From Pseudomonadota bacterium (lineage in GTDB: Bacteria > Bdellovibrionota_B > Oligoflexia > Oligoflexales > CAIYRB01), in assembly GCA_031416315.1 (NCBI GenBank), contig JANOTL010000132.1, positions 1-64,000 of the forward strand: DNA of 64,000 nucleotides, written 5' to 3'. Both the position numbers and the translations under genes were made by a program. The notes under the pieces are model-generated. The model was not told the DNA's origin. It did no database searches and saw only the letters and a list, made by a program, of their open reading frames with translations. Positions 45,572-55,285 of this stretch are shown piece after piece (position 1 is the first letter of the stretch; the number at the start of each line of letters is the position of its first letter).

Positions 45572-47911
45572 CTAGGCGTCAGCTTCCTCAGATTCAGGAG
45601 GCGCGCTCGGGTCTCCGGGCGTCGCGCCTTCGGGCCCCTCGACGACCGCTTTGCACGACGGACAGATGTAGCGCGTTCCGTCGCGTTTGGTGACCTTCTC
45701 GGTGAGCAGCGGGAAGTTGCAAGCCTCGCAGGCCTTGTTGACTGGCTTGTCCCAGACCGCGTACTGACAGCCTGGGTAGTTGGTGCAGCCCCAGAAGGTC
45801 TTCCCCGTGCGCGTGCGACGCGGGACTAAGCCGCCGGAGCAGCCTTCCTCGGGGCAGGCGACGTCGGACTTCGGGCTCTTCACCGTCGGGCAAGTCGGGT
45901 AGTCGACACACGCGATGTAGTCGCCGTAGCGACCGCTGCGGATGACCATCTGCTTGGTGCAACGCGGGCAAGCGTCGCCGGAGTATTTCGGCTCGGTGAC
46001 CACGATCTTGCCGTCGGGGTCGCGGACGAACTCGCGCGTGTTGCGGCACTTCGGGTAGTTCTGGCAACCAAGGAATTCGCCGCGGGAAGACCACTTGATG
46101 TGGAAGACGCCCTCGCAGCGGTCGCACTTGATATCGGTCGGCTCGGACGAGGCCTTGACGTTGCGCATGCCGGCTTCGGCGGCCTTCACCTTCTCAGAGA
46201 AGGGCTTGTAGAAGTCCTTCAAGAGAACGCGCCATTTGACGGTGCCCTCCTCGACCGCGTCGAGGCTCTCTTCCATGCCGGCCGTGAAGGTGACGCTCAA
46301 GATGTCCGGGAAGGCCTCGACGAGGAGCTCGTTCACCTTCTCGCCGAGCACCGTGGGCTCGTAGCGATTGTCCGTCTTCTTGATGTAGCCGCGGTCGACG
46401 ATGGTCGAAAGGATCGTGGCGTAAGTCGACGGGCGGCCGATGCCCTTCTCGTCGAGCTCTTTGACCAAGGAGGATTCGTTGAAGCGCGGGGGCGGCTGCG
46501 TGAAGTGCTGCTGGAGGTCGACCTCCTTCAACGTCAGAGCCTCGCCCTCTTTCAGCGCCGGGAGCATGTTGCCCTCGTTGCTGCCGTCGTCGTCCTCGTT
46601 GTCGGCGCGCTTGTTCGCTTCGTCCTGACCCTCTTCGTAGACCTCGAGGAAGCCTTTGAAGAGGAGACGCGAGCCCGTGGCGCGCAGGCCGATCTTGCCG
46701 CCGTCGGCGTCGAAGTCGACGGACATCTGGTCGTAGACGGCCGGTTTCATCTGACAGGCGATGAAGCGGTTCCAAATCAAGCGATAGAGCGCGAGCTGGT
46801 CCTTCGACACGACCTTCGACACGCTTTCGGGCGAATAATCCAAAGTGGTCGGGCGGATGGCTTCGTGAGCGTCCTGCGCCGACTTCTTCGTCTTGTACTG
46901 GATCGGCTTGTCCGGGACGTTGTCGGCGCCGTATTTTTCCTGGATGTAGGTGCGCGCGGCGATGACCGAGTCGTCAGAGAGACGCGTGGAGTCGGTACGC
47001 ATGTACGTGATGAGACCGACGGGGCCCTCGCCCTCGACCTCGATGCCTTCATAGAGGCTTTGCGCCACCGACATCGTGCGCTTCACGTTGAAGCCGAGCT
47101 TTCGGTAGGCTTCCTGCTGCAGCTTCGACGTCGTGAACGGGGGAACCGGGTTCTTCTTCCGCTCGCGCTGCTGCACGCTCTTCACGCTGATCTTTTGGCT
47201 CTCGATCCGCTTCTTGATCGAGGTGGCATCTTTTTCCGCCTGGACCTTGAGGTCCTTGCCGATTTTTTGGCCATCCACGGTCGTGAGACGCGCGAGCACT
47301 TGCGGCGGGGCCGAGGCGTCCATGGAGACGTCGACGGTCCAGTACTCTTCCGGCTTGAACTTGCGGACCTCGCCCTCGCGCTCGCAGAGGAGGCGGACGG
47401 CGACGGACTGCACACGACCTGCGGAAAGGCCGCGTTTGACCTTTTTCCAGAGGAGCGGGCTGATCTGGTAGCCCACGAGGCGGTCGAGAATGCGGCGCGC
47501 CTGCTGCGATTCGTATTTCTTGATGTCGAGGACGGAGGGATTGCCGATGGCGTCGAGGACGCCCTTCTTCGTGATCTCTTGGATCAGGACCCGCTGCACC
47601 ATGCCCGGCGGCTTGCTCAGCTCGGAGGCGATGTGCCAGGCGATGGCTTCGCCTTCACGGTCGGGGTCAGGGGCGAGGTATACGGACTCGGCGATGCCGG
47701 CGGCGGTGGTGATTTCCTTGAGGATCTTCTCTTTGCCGGGGATCGTGACGTACTGAGGCTCGAACTCTTTTTCGACGTCGACGCCGAGGGAGCGGTCGGG
47801 GAGATCCTTGACGTGTCCCTTCGAAGCGAGGACTTCATAATCCTTCCCGAGATACTTCTTGAGCGCCTTTACTTTGGTTGGCGACTCGACGACGACCAGA
47901 TACTTAGCCAT
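45572..47911 (-). CDS. topA: DNA topoisomerase I
   Basis: VVVESPTK, DPDREGEAI, SAGRVQS and ITYMRTDS motifs, C-terminal zinc ribbons. Confidence 0.97.
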   Translation of the reverse strand: MAKYLVVVESPTKVKALKKYLGKDYEVLASKGHVKDLPDRSLGVDVEKEFEPQYVTIPGKEKILKEITTAAGIAESVYLAPDPDREGEAIAWHIASELSKPPGMVQRVLIQEITKKGVLDAIGNPSVLDIKKYESQQARRILDRLVGYQISPLLWKKVKRGLSAGRVQSVAVRLLCEREGEVRKFKPEEYWTVDVSMDASAPPQVLARLTTVDGQKIGKDLKVQAEKDATSIKKRIESQKISVKSVQQRERKKNPVPPFTTSKLQQEAYRKLGFNVKRTMSVAQSLYEGIEVEGEGPVGLITYMRTDSTRLSDDSVIAARTYIQEKYGADNVPDKPIQYKTKKSAQDAHEAIRPTTLDYSPESVSKVVSKDQLALYRLIWNRFIACQMKPAVYDQMSVDFDADGGKIGLRATGSRLLFKGFLEVYEEGQDEANKRADNEDDDGSNEGNMLPALKEGEALTLKEVDLQQHFTQPPPRFNESSLVKELDEKGIGRPSTYATILSTIVDRGYIKKTDNRYEPTVLGEKVNELLVEAFPDILSVTFTAGMEESLDAVEEGTVKWRVLLKDFYKPFSEKVKAAEAGMRNVKASSEPTDIKCDRCEGVFHIKWSSRGEFLGCQNYPKCRNTREFVRDPDGKIVVTEPKYSGDACPRCTKQMVIRSGRYGDYIACVDYPTCPTVKSPKSDVACPEEGCSGGLVPRRTRTGKTFWGCTNYPGCQYAVWDKPVNKACEACNFPLLTEKVTKRDGTRYICPSCKAVVEGPEGATPGDPSAPPESEEADA

Positions 47912-47918
47912 GGGTATC

Positions 47919-48404
47919 CTAGTGGTATTGATCTCGCGCTTCGCCCGAGCGTAGCACGAGCGCGGCGGCCGTCCCCGTCGAATTGCCCGAAACCCTTAGG
48001 ATCTCTTGAAGAACACCGGCGATATCGGCGGCTTCCCAATCGCGGCTGTCGACCTGGCGGAAGCCGTCGATGAGGCGCTCAGCGGCTTCGAAGCCGAGGA
48101 TGCCGAGGCGACGGGCGCGCTCAATCTCCCGCCAGATGCGAGGATGAACGTAGGCGCGCTCCGCGGGGTGTTGAACGCGGATCGACTCCGGATCTGCGAC
48201 GAGCATGCTCAGCGCGTCCATGACGTTGCCCGAGAGGCTGGCGCGCTCGAGCCATTCGAGAGCAGCGCAGATCCCTTCGGCGGAGAAGCCTTTCTCCGCC
48301 AGCAGCGCTTTCAGCTGGCCGTCCTCTTCGAGCGTGACGCCTTCGCGCTGGACCATGCCCGCGATCGACTGGACAACCTGCCACCATTCTTGCTGCTGAA
48401 TCAA
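47919..48404 (-). CDS. Smg/DUF494-like protein
   Basis: GFS...I..AL.WL and R.....E pattern. Lies between dprA and topA. Confidence 0.7.
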   Translation of the reverse strand: MIQQQEWWQVVQSIAGMVQREGVTLEEDGQLKALLAEKGFSAEGICAALEWLERASLSGNVMDALSMLVADPESIRVQHPAERAYVHPRIWREIERARRLGILGFEAAERLIDGFRQVDSRDWEAADIAGVLQEILRVSGNSTGTAAALVLRSGEARDQYH

Positions 48405-48443
48405 TTGAAACTCCTCTGCCGCCGCTCGGGGGAGCGCGGGGGT

Positions 48444-49376
48444 TCAGGCGTCGTCATGCGTGGAGTGACAATAGGAATAGTCGTTCCCGGAATGTTTGTC
48501 CAGGACCCCCCCAGCGTTGGTAAAAGCCCGTGCGCCGTCGGCCAAAAGCGCCGCGCCGCCGGCCGCCCGTATGTCACCGGGCGGATGGGTCAGAACCGCC
48601 AAATCTCGCCCTTGGTCCAAAGCTTGGCGCGCCGTGATCATCGCGCCGGACGCGCGCGCGGCCTGCATGACGTAGGTCGTCTTCGAAAGCCCGCAGATGA
48701 TGCGGTTGCGCGCCGGAAAGTCGTGAGGACGGGCTTCCGCGCACCACAAGCGCTCAGAGACAAAGAGCGCCCCGCGCTGGCGAAGCGCGTCAAAGTAGCG
48801 GCGGTTGGCCTCTGGATAGAACCGGACCAGGCCGCCGGCCAAAACGATGATGGCTGGCGCCGGATCGTGTCGGGTCGCCAGCACCCCGGCATGCGCCGCG
48901 ATGTCGCAGCCCAAGGCCCCGCCGCTGACGACGACGTGACCGGCATCCGCGAGCAGTCGACCCAGCGCGAAGCTTTCGTGGAGGGCGTGGGCCGAAGCCT
49001 TGCGGGAGCCGACGACAGCGCTCCGTTGCGTCTTCCGAAGAAGCGAGGCGTCGCCGAGAAGCGTGAGGACCAACGGCGGATCCGGGATCGCGGCGAGATC
49101 TTCCGGGTAAGCCTCGTCGCCCAAGGTTAGAAGGCTGCCCCCGGCGGCCTCGACCGCGGCGACGTGGGCGCGCGCGGCGACAAGGAGAGCGGCGCCTTCG
49201 ACATCATTAAGGCAACGCGCGAATGCGTCGTAGTGGGCGCTGCCCTCCCGACGCCAGTAGTGAAGGAGCGCCTCGTAACCTGAGAGCGACGGCGGCGGCG
49301 GCGGCGCGAGCCAGCGGAATCGCGACTGGGCGAGGACGTGGGCGAGCATGATGCTGTCGGCGTAAGAGCGTTCCAT
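48444..49376 (-). CDS. dprA: DNA-processing protein DprA
   Basis: YP..L..I.DPP, VVGSR, VSGGA.GCD..AH and FPARNRII.GLS motifs. Confidence 0.92.
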   Translation of the reverse strand: MERSYADSIMLAHVLAQSRFRWLAPPPPPSLSGYEALLHYWRREGSAHYDAFARCLNDVEGAALLVAARAHVAAVEAAGGSLLTLGDEAYPEDLAAIPDPPLVLTLLGDASLLRKTQRSAVVGSRKASAHALHESFALGRLLADAGHVVVSGGALGCDIAAHAGVLATRHDPAPAIIVLAGGLVRFYPEANRRYFDALRQRGALFVSERLWCAEARPHDFPARNRIICGLSKTTYVMQAARASGAMITARQALDQGRDLAVLTHPPGDIRAAGGAALLADGARAFTNAGGVLDKHSGNDYSYCHSTHDDA

Positions 49377-49480
49377 GCGGGCGAAGCTACGACGGCGGTT
49401 GCCGCGGGAGAAGCGACATCGCATGTCCAACGAGTTGACAGGGTTGCCTGGCTTCTCCATTTGCGACGCAGAGTTACGGG

Positions 49481-49496
49481 TGGAGTGAGTCTTGCT
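49481..49496 (+). promoter_or_regulatory. sigma54-like promoter
   Basis: TGGAGT-GAGTC-TTGCT (GG-N10-GC), 30 nt before the ATG. Confidence 0.45.
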
Positions 49497-49526
49497 TCAA
49501 CTGGCTCACTGCATTTGGGAGCCGAT

Positions 49527-50621
49527 ATGACCGTTCGCATCTGGGCTGCTGCTACCGTCTCGCTGGCGCTCTTCGCCTGCAACTCGAGCGACTTCAACGG
49601 CGCCGGCGGAAAGAAGCCCGCCGTCGAAAAGAAGAAAGTGGACGATCCGCAGGTGACCAAGCCGAACGCGAATCCGCAGCCGGGCACTCCCGTGCCGCCC
49701 GACGCGAAGCAGGAGACCGAGTCGTTCGCGATCGCGCAGAGCGAAGGTCTCATCGACATGGTCTGGCTGATCGACAACTCGGGCTCGATGCGCGAGGAAG
49801 CGAGCCAAGTGCGCGACAACTTCGATAAGTTCTTGAGCACGATCCAAGCGCGCTCCGACATGAGGATCGCCTTGATCTCGAGCAAGGACCGCGCGGATTC
49901 GCTCGGGGGCTCGACCGGCGTGACCTTGCCGTTCAGCGCCGAGCAAGCCGGCGGCATCCAGATCGATTCCTACGTCGACAGCACCAACGCCTTGATGCTC
50001 GCCGCGATGGCGACCTGCCCGGCGAATACGACGGTGGTGCCGCCGGAAAATTCGGAAGATCCGTTCGCGACGGCGACCGGCAAGACCTGCGGCAAGGAGC
50101 TCGCGCTCGATTTCTTCGCGTCTTCCCTCTACAAAGACGTCCCCGGGGTCCTCAGCACCTTCTTTCGCCCGCAGGCAAAGAAAGTTTACGTGATCGTGAC
50201 CGATGATACGGCGGATACGGTCAACGACACCAACTTCCTCGAACTTATCCGGCCGTACCAGGGCGCAGTCGCCCCGTCCGTCTTCGCGTTCATCGGCACC
50301 GAGTCGAAAGATGGCTGCGACATCGCGCAACGCGGCACGCCGTACGAAGCCCTGGCCGCGAAGACCGAAGGCGCGACCTTCGACATCTGCGAGAAAGACT
50401 GGACGAAGAACTTCGACAAGCTGAGCAAGGCCGTCATCGGCCTCGCGAGCGCGCAATTTATGCTCAAAGCGACAACCGTCGGCCAGATCGTGTCGGTCAC
50501 CGTCGACGGCAAGCCTCTCGCGGCCGGCTCGTTCACCGTCGCCGGCAACGTCGTGACCCTCGATCAGAAGCAGATGCCGACCGGCGCCAAGACGCTGCTC
50601 GTCACATACGTCAAACCTTGA
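49527..50621 (+). CDS. vWA-domain lipoprotein
   Basis: Lipobox LFA-C, MIDAS DNSGS, VTDD, G..Y..LA..T.G...IC. Confidence 0.82.
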   Translation: MTVRIWAAATVSLALFACNSSDFNGAGGKKPAVEKKKVDDPQVTKPNANPQPGTPVPPDAKQETESFAIAQSEGLIDMVWLIDNSGSMREEASQVRDNFDKFLSTIQARSDMRIALISSKDRADSLGGSTGVTLPFSAEQAGGIQIDSYVDSTNALMLAAMATCPANTTVVPPENSEDPFATATGKTCGKELALDFFASSLYKDVPGVLSTFFRPQAKKVYVIVTDDTADTVNDTNFLELIRPYQGAVAPSVFAFIGTESKDGCDIAQRGTPYEALAAKTEGATFDICEKDWTKNFDKLSKAVIGLASAQFMLKATTVGQIVSVTVDGKPLAAGSFTVAGNVVTLDQKQMPTGAKTLLVTYVKP

Positions 50622-50637
50622 ATGCGGCCGGCCACGC

Positions 50638-52416
50638 TCAACCCTTGTCCGTCCGATCGCCGACGCGCACTTCGCGCTTTTGCTGCACGATGTAGCCCAC
50701 GGCCCCGGCGTCAGTCGCGTCGATGATGCGCATCACGCCGATTTTTTCGTAGTCCTCGGGCAGGTTGGTGCTGCCGAACGCGCTCGTGATGTATCCCGGC
50801 GTCTGATAAATCGGCAGGTACATGCCGGGCGTGATGCCGTCGCCGTTGCCCTTGTCCAAGAATGCGTAGCTGCCCTGGCCACCGACCTCTTGCCAGTAGT
50901 AGGCGAAGCCGACGACGTGCGCCTCGGCGGAGCCGACCGAGCCGACGCGCTCACCGTTCGGGATCGTGCGATTGGTCGAGATGTAGTTGACCAGGATGTC
51001 GTTGGGGCGCACCCCGAGGCGCCCCCCCTTCTGCACGCGGCCCGTGTAGACTTCCTCGCCTACGTTCTTTTCGACCTTCAGATGCGCCACGAAGTAGTAC
51101 TTGTAGCCGACGAAGTCCCCGGTCTCCGGACTGTCGATCTCTTCGCCTGGACGGAGGAGAGTATAGGTCGTTCCCGTGGCGATGGTGCCGGTGGCCTCTA
51201 GGATCACGCGCTCTTCGGGAGCGGCCATCAGCTCGCCTTCGCGGCCGCCGATGATGTAGGCCAAGGGCTCTTTTTCCTCGGCGAAGATGAAGCCGGGGAC
51301 TTGGACGCTGATCTCGCTGCCGTCGAAGCGCTTGCCGACGACCATCAGCTCGTCTTGCAGGGCGTCGACGCCCTCGGGACCGATCACCTCGACGCCGGGC
51401 GGCTCCTCGAAGGCCGGATCTTCGGGATAGGTCACCTTTTCAGCGACGAGCTCGGCTTCCTCGATCTCACCTTTGTCGATCGGGATCACGTCCTCTTCGG
51501 CGACGACCTGCAGATAGGGCGGCGTCTCGTCGTCGCCCGGATAGAACCTCAGGCGCATGTTCGGGAAGATGAAGTGCGGGTTCTTGATCTCGGGGTTCAA
51601 GGCCCACAAGCGCGGCCAGTAACCCGGCTCGTCGAGGAGCTGGTCGCAAATGTCGAAGAGGGTGTCGCCCGGCTGCACGCCGTATTCTTCCGGCGCCTCG
51701 CCTTCGGCCATGAGGCGCATCGTGCCGGGAACGGGGGGCGCGCCGGCGAACTCGTTCGGTGGGGGGATGGGCGGAGCCTTGATCTCCGGCTCTGGCGGCG
51801 GGGGCGGCGTGAGCGCGGCGTTCCCGGCATCGCCGGTGGCATCGTTCGTCGGGACGGCGTTCCCAGTGCCCGAGCCCGGATTGCCGACGGCGGGATTGAC
51901 GCCGCCGGCGGCGGCCGCCGGGTTGCCGACGGGCACGGCAGGATTGCCGGCCGGGACCGCGGCGCCGTTGACGGGGACCGGGGGCACAGTGCCGTTGGCG
52001 ACGTTGCCCGGCAGCGCGTTCGCCGGCGCCGCGCCCGGTTTCGGTTTAACCTCGGGCTGCTCGGCGGCGGGATCGGCGGTGCCGAACGCGGAGACGTCGC
52101 CGCCGTTGGCGCCGGCCTTGTTGTTGCCGACGTTCACCGGCTTGTCGTCGAAGATGTCGTTGCCGCCGCCGCCGGAGTCGCCGTTGTTGATCGAGTTGCC
52201 GATGTCGAAGTCGCTGCCGCCGTTGTCCGCCGGAAAGTCGTCGACCGCCGGGTTGCCGCCGGCGCCGTTATCCGCGCCGCCGCCGCCGATCTCGTTGACG
52301 TTGTCGGTCGGCGTCGCCTGCTCGAGGCCTTCCTGCGAGTTCAAATCGCCTTGCGCCCGCGCTTGGACGGGCGCGAACGCGGCGATCACGAGAAGGAGGA
52401 CGCGTCTCGAAGTCAC
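50638..52416 (-). CDS. LysM peptidoglycan-binding protein (TsaP-like)
   Basis: Signal peptide, long N/G/A/P linker, YGVQPGDTL..I......WPRLWALNPEIKNPHFIFP. Confidence 0.85.
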   Translation of the reverse strand: MTSRRVLLLVIAAFAPVQARAQGDLNSQEGLEQATPTDNVNEIGGGGADNGAGGNPAVDDFPADNGGSDFDIGNSINNGDSGGGGNDIFDDKPVNVGNNKAGANGGDVSAFGTADPAAEQPEVKPKPGAAPANALPGNVANGTVPPVPVNGAAVPAGNPAVPVGNPAAAAGGVNPAVGNPGSGTGNAVPTNDATGDAGNAALTPPPPPEPEIKAPPIPPPNEFAGAPPVPGTMRLMAEGEAPEEYGVQPGDTLFDICDQLLDEPGYWPRLWALNPEIKNPHFIFPNMRLRFYPGDDETPPYLQVVAEEDVIPIDKGEIEEAELVAEKVTYPEDPAFEEPPGVEVIGPEGVDALQDELMVVGKRFDGSEISVQVPGFIFAEEKEPLAYIIGGREGELMAAPEERVILEATGTIATGTTYTLLRPGEEIDSPETGDFVGYKYYFVAHLKVEKNVGEEVYTGRVQKGGRLGVRPNDILVNYISTNRTIPNGERVGSVGSAEAHVVGFAYYWQEVGGQGSYAFLDKGNGDGITPGMYLPIYQTPGYITSAFGSTNLPEDYEKIGVMRIIDATDAGAVGYIVQQKREVRVGDRTDKG

Positions 52417-53267
52417 AAGCTCTTACCCAGGTTCTCGAGCTCCATTTTCGCCATCTCCGCCGCGTCCTCGTAAGGATGCGCCTGGATGATCTCGCGATAG
52501 CGCTGGAGCGCGGTGTCTTGTTGGCCGAGGCGCCATTCGACGCGGGCAAGCTCGAGCTTGGCGCGCGGCAACCAGGGACTCGTCGTGTTTTCGGTCATCA
52601 GATCGATGAAGATCTGGCGTGAGGTCTCGAACTCCTTGAGGTTGGACCAGCATTTGCCGATCCAGTACTTGTGCATCCCGCCGTCGACCTTGCCGTTGTA
52701 GTCCTTGCCGATGCGGTCGTACTCGACGATGGCACGGCCGTAGCGGCCCGAGCGGTAGAGGTCGTTCGCCGAGGCGAGCGCGGCCTGGTAGGCGTCGCCT
52801 TCCGCCTTCGACATCGAGGGATCCGCCTTTGTCGGATCGACTTCCGGCGGCTTCTCGGCTTTGGGCGGCTCTTTCGGCGACATTTCCTCGGCCATCGCCT
52901 CTTTGACGATCGGCTTCGCTGCGCCCTTTTTCTTCAGCTCCTCGGGAATGAGGCCCAGGGTGATTCCCTTTTCCAAGACGCGAACGCGCTCCTTAGAGCG
53001 CAGCTGCTCTTCCTCGAGCTCGTCGACGCGGGCCCAGAGGCGCGCCAACTTCAGCTCCTGCTCGTCGGTCCGCGAAGTCTTCGCCTTCGCCGTCTTCTTC
53101 GCGTCTTTCTTCGGCGATTCCTCGTCCTTCTCGTTCTTCTCGATCATGGCGTCGGCGCCATCCGCCTCGCCCGGCTCCACCGGCTCCACCGAATCGCCTT
53201 CGCCGAATCCCAGAAAGCTACAGCCCGAGAGGACCGCGCCGAGCGCAAGAATGAGCACGATACGCAT
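52413..53267 (-). CDS. TPR lipoprotein, CpoB/YbgF-like
   Basis: Lipobox LSG-C, coiled coil, TPRs (YWIG.C, HPY..AA). Confidence 0.78.
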   Translation of the reverse strand: MRIVLILALGAVLSGCSFLGFGEGDSVEPVEPGEADGADAMIEKNEKDEESPKKDAKKTAKAKTSRTDEQELKLARLWARVDELEEEQLRSKERVRVLEKGITLGLIPEELKKKGAAKPIVKEAMAEEMSPKEPPKAEKPPEVDPTKADPSMSKAEGDAYQAALASANDLYRSGRYGRAIVEYDRIGKDYNGKVDGGMHKYWIGKCWSNLKEFETSRQIFIDLMTENTTSPWLPRAKLELARVEWRLGQQDTALQRYREIIQAHPYEDAAEMAKMELENLGKSL

Positions 53268-53268
53268 G

Positions 53269-54066
53269 TCAGATCGCCCCTGCCTGAGAGACTTGCTGGA
53301 TGAACTGCCGGACGGCCAGCTTGACCGCGTCCGACTGGCTGATGAACTCGACGCCGAAGCGGTAAAAGCGCATGAAGGCGCGCGTCGAGTCCTCGGCGCC
53401 GCCGCCGCTGCGATAGTGCTCTTTGATGCGCTTCACCCAGCGGATCTCGACGCCGACGTCGAGCGGATCCTGCATCGGCAGGATGAGCTTGGCGCGGTCG
53501 TCGATCAGGCCGCGACGTAAGACGCCGTTGACCGCGGGAAAGCGGGTGACGGCGCAGAGGCCGCCGAAGCTGACGTCGGAGACGGGGATGAAGCTCGCGA
53601 CGTCTTTGTGGTGCGCGAAGAAGGGGGGCGCCGTCACGTCATACTCGTCGGGCTTCCACATGCTGAGGTCAAGGAACGCCGTCAGCTCCGGCGTCGCGGG
53701 GTAGCGCGCGTTCTTCCGGCGCTCGATCGAAAGGAGGGACGTCGGCAAGCTGACGACGATGCTCGACTGCTCGCGCGAGAGGATCTGCGAGATGAAGACG
53801 ACCTTCGTCGACATCATGATGAACTCGACCTGCACGCGCTGGCGCATGGTGAGGTGCGAGCAGCCCTTCTCCGAGATGTTGCTGATGCGCATCCCCGGGA
53901 GGTCGGACTCCAACACGACGCTCGAGGCGCGGCCTTTGACCGCGATGGTCGCGTCGCCGTCGGCGCGGATCATCACCTGCAGGCTAGCCTGGCAAATGCG
54001 CCGCAGAATCCGCGTGACCCGCTGCGGATTGGAGATTTTGAGACGGTTCTCGTTCTGAGTGTTCAA
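53269..54066 (-). CDS. YcgR-like PilZ domain protein
   Basis: ERRKNAR and DVSFGG c-di-GMP motifs. TTG after GGAG; start uncertain. Confidence 0.8.
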   Translation of the reverse strand: MNTQNENRLKISNPQRVTRILRRICQASLQVMIRADGDATIAVKGRASSVVLESDLPGMRISNISEKGCSHLTMRQRVQVEFIMMSTKVVFISQILSREQSSIVVSLPTSLLSIERRKNARYPATPELTAFLDLSMWKPDEYDVTAPPFFAHHKDVASFIPVSDVSFGGLCAVTRFPAVNGVLRRGLIDDRAKLILPMQDPLDVGVEIRWVKRIKEHYRSGGGAEDSTRAFMRFYRFGVEFISQSDAVKLAVRQFIQQVSQAGAI

Positions 54067-55285
54067 GGGGCTCCAGACGAGCTGCCAGGACGGCGGCAAG
54101 GAACCAAAAGGCGAACAGGAACTCGGAGTCGCGGAAGTTGTTCTGCAGAAGGCCGGAGAAGATGGCGGCGGCGAGGAAGTAGCGAAGATGATCGGCGCGG
54201 CGCGAGGCGGCGTAGAGACCGCCGAGAAGTGCGAGGAAGCCCAGAAGTCCGATGAGGCCGGAATCTGCCGCCACCTGCAGAAAGATATTGTGCGCTGTCA
54301 TCATTTTAACAGACGGCCCGAAGGGCGCATAGTACACGGCGTACGCGCGCTCTAGGCCGGCGACGGAGACGCCGGCGAGCGGGTGATCCAGGAACATCTG
54401 CAGATGCACGCGCCAGAATAGAAGTCGCGGGAATCGCTCGGCCAGCGGCTGGTTTTCGTTGAAAAGCTCGGTCATGCGGCCGAAGGTCGAGCCCTCGAGC
54501 CACAAGGCGCCGAGGATTAGGGCGCCGCCGGCCAAGATCCAGGTTTTCCAGCGCCAAAGCGCCCGGGCTTCACACAAGGCCAAAGTCAAAGCCAGCGCCG
54601 CCAGCGGATAACGCGAGCCGGTGATGACCAAGGTGACGAGCGCGACAAAGACGATGCCGGCCCAATGGCGGACCGTCCGCCTCGGGAGCTGGGCGCGGTG
54701 GCGCAAGAGCACCCAGGCGCCGGCGACGACGATCATCATCAAATTATACGAAAGGGTGAGCGGGTGTCCGGTGAACCCCGACACCCGGTAAACGCCGTAG
54801 GCGAAGCGGTGCTCGCCCAGGCGCGCGCCGAAGCCGTGGGTCCAGTCGATGCCGGTGTAGCGCTGCGCGACGCAGTAAATCAAGTTGATGCTCAAGCCCA
54901 GCAGAAACCAGGGCGCGATCTTCTCGATCAGCGGCCAACGCGAAGCGCGGGCCGCGAAGCTGCCGCCGACGTAGACGAACCAAAGCACCGCGAGCTTCGT
55001 CGTCATGTGCGAAGAGACCCGAAGCGCCCGGAGGGCGCCGTCGGCATAAGGCGAGGTGACGCAGGCGACCAGGCCCGAGACGAGCTGCGCGAGGATCATC
55101 GCCAGGACGCCCCAATGCACCCAGGCGAGCTCGCGGGCGGCCTTGAGATCGCCCCAGCGCTTCGTCAGCGTGAGCCACCAAAACAGCCACATCCCGCAAA
55201 AATAGCCCCCGGAGATCGGGATCACGGTCGACCACGACGCGAGGATCAGGACGACCACCATGATTCTTGGTAAGGTCGGGCGCAT
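53984..55285 (-). CDS. O-antigen ligase family protein
   Basis: Multi-TM, RVSGF.GHP, TGSR, R..FW.....MF.DHPL.G and AHNIFLQ..A..GLIG. Start at 55285 or 55261. Confidence 0.85.
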   Translation of the reverse strand: MRPTLPRIMVVVLILASWSTVIPISGGYFCGMWLFWWLTLTKRWGDLKAARELAWVHWGVLAMILAQLVSGLVACVTSPYADGALRALRVSSHMTTKLAVLWFVYVGGSFAARASRWPLIEKIAPWFLLGLSINLIYCVAQRYTGIDWTHGFGARLGEHRFAYGVYRVSGFTGHPLTLSYNLMMIVVAGAWVLLRHRAQLPRRTVRHWAGIVFVALVTLVITGSRYPLAALALTLALCEARALWRWKTWILAGGALILGALWLEGSTFGRMTELFNENQPLAERFPRLLFWRVHLQMFLDHPLAGVSVAGLERAYAVYYAPFGPSVKMMTAHNIFLQVAADSGLIGLLGFLALLGGLYAASRRADHLRYFLAAAIFSGLLQNNFRDSEFLFAFWFLAAVLAARLEPLEHSEREPSQNLQSAAGHADSAAHLPG

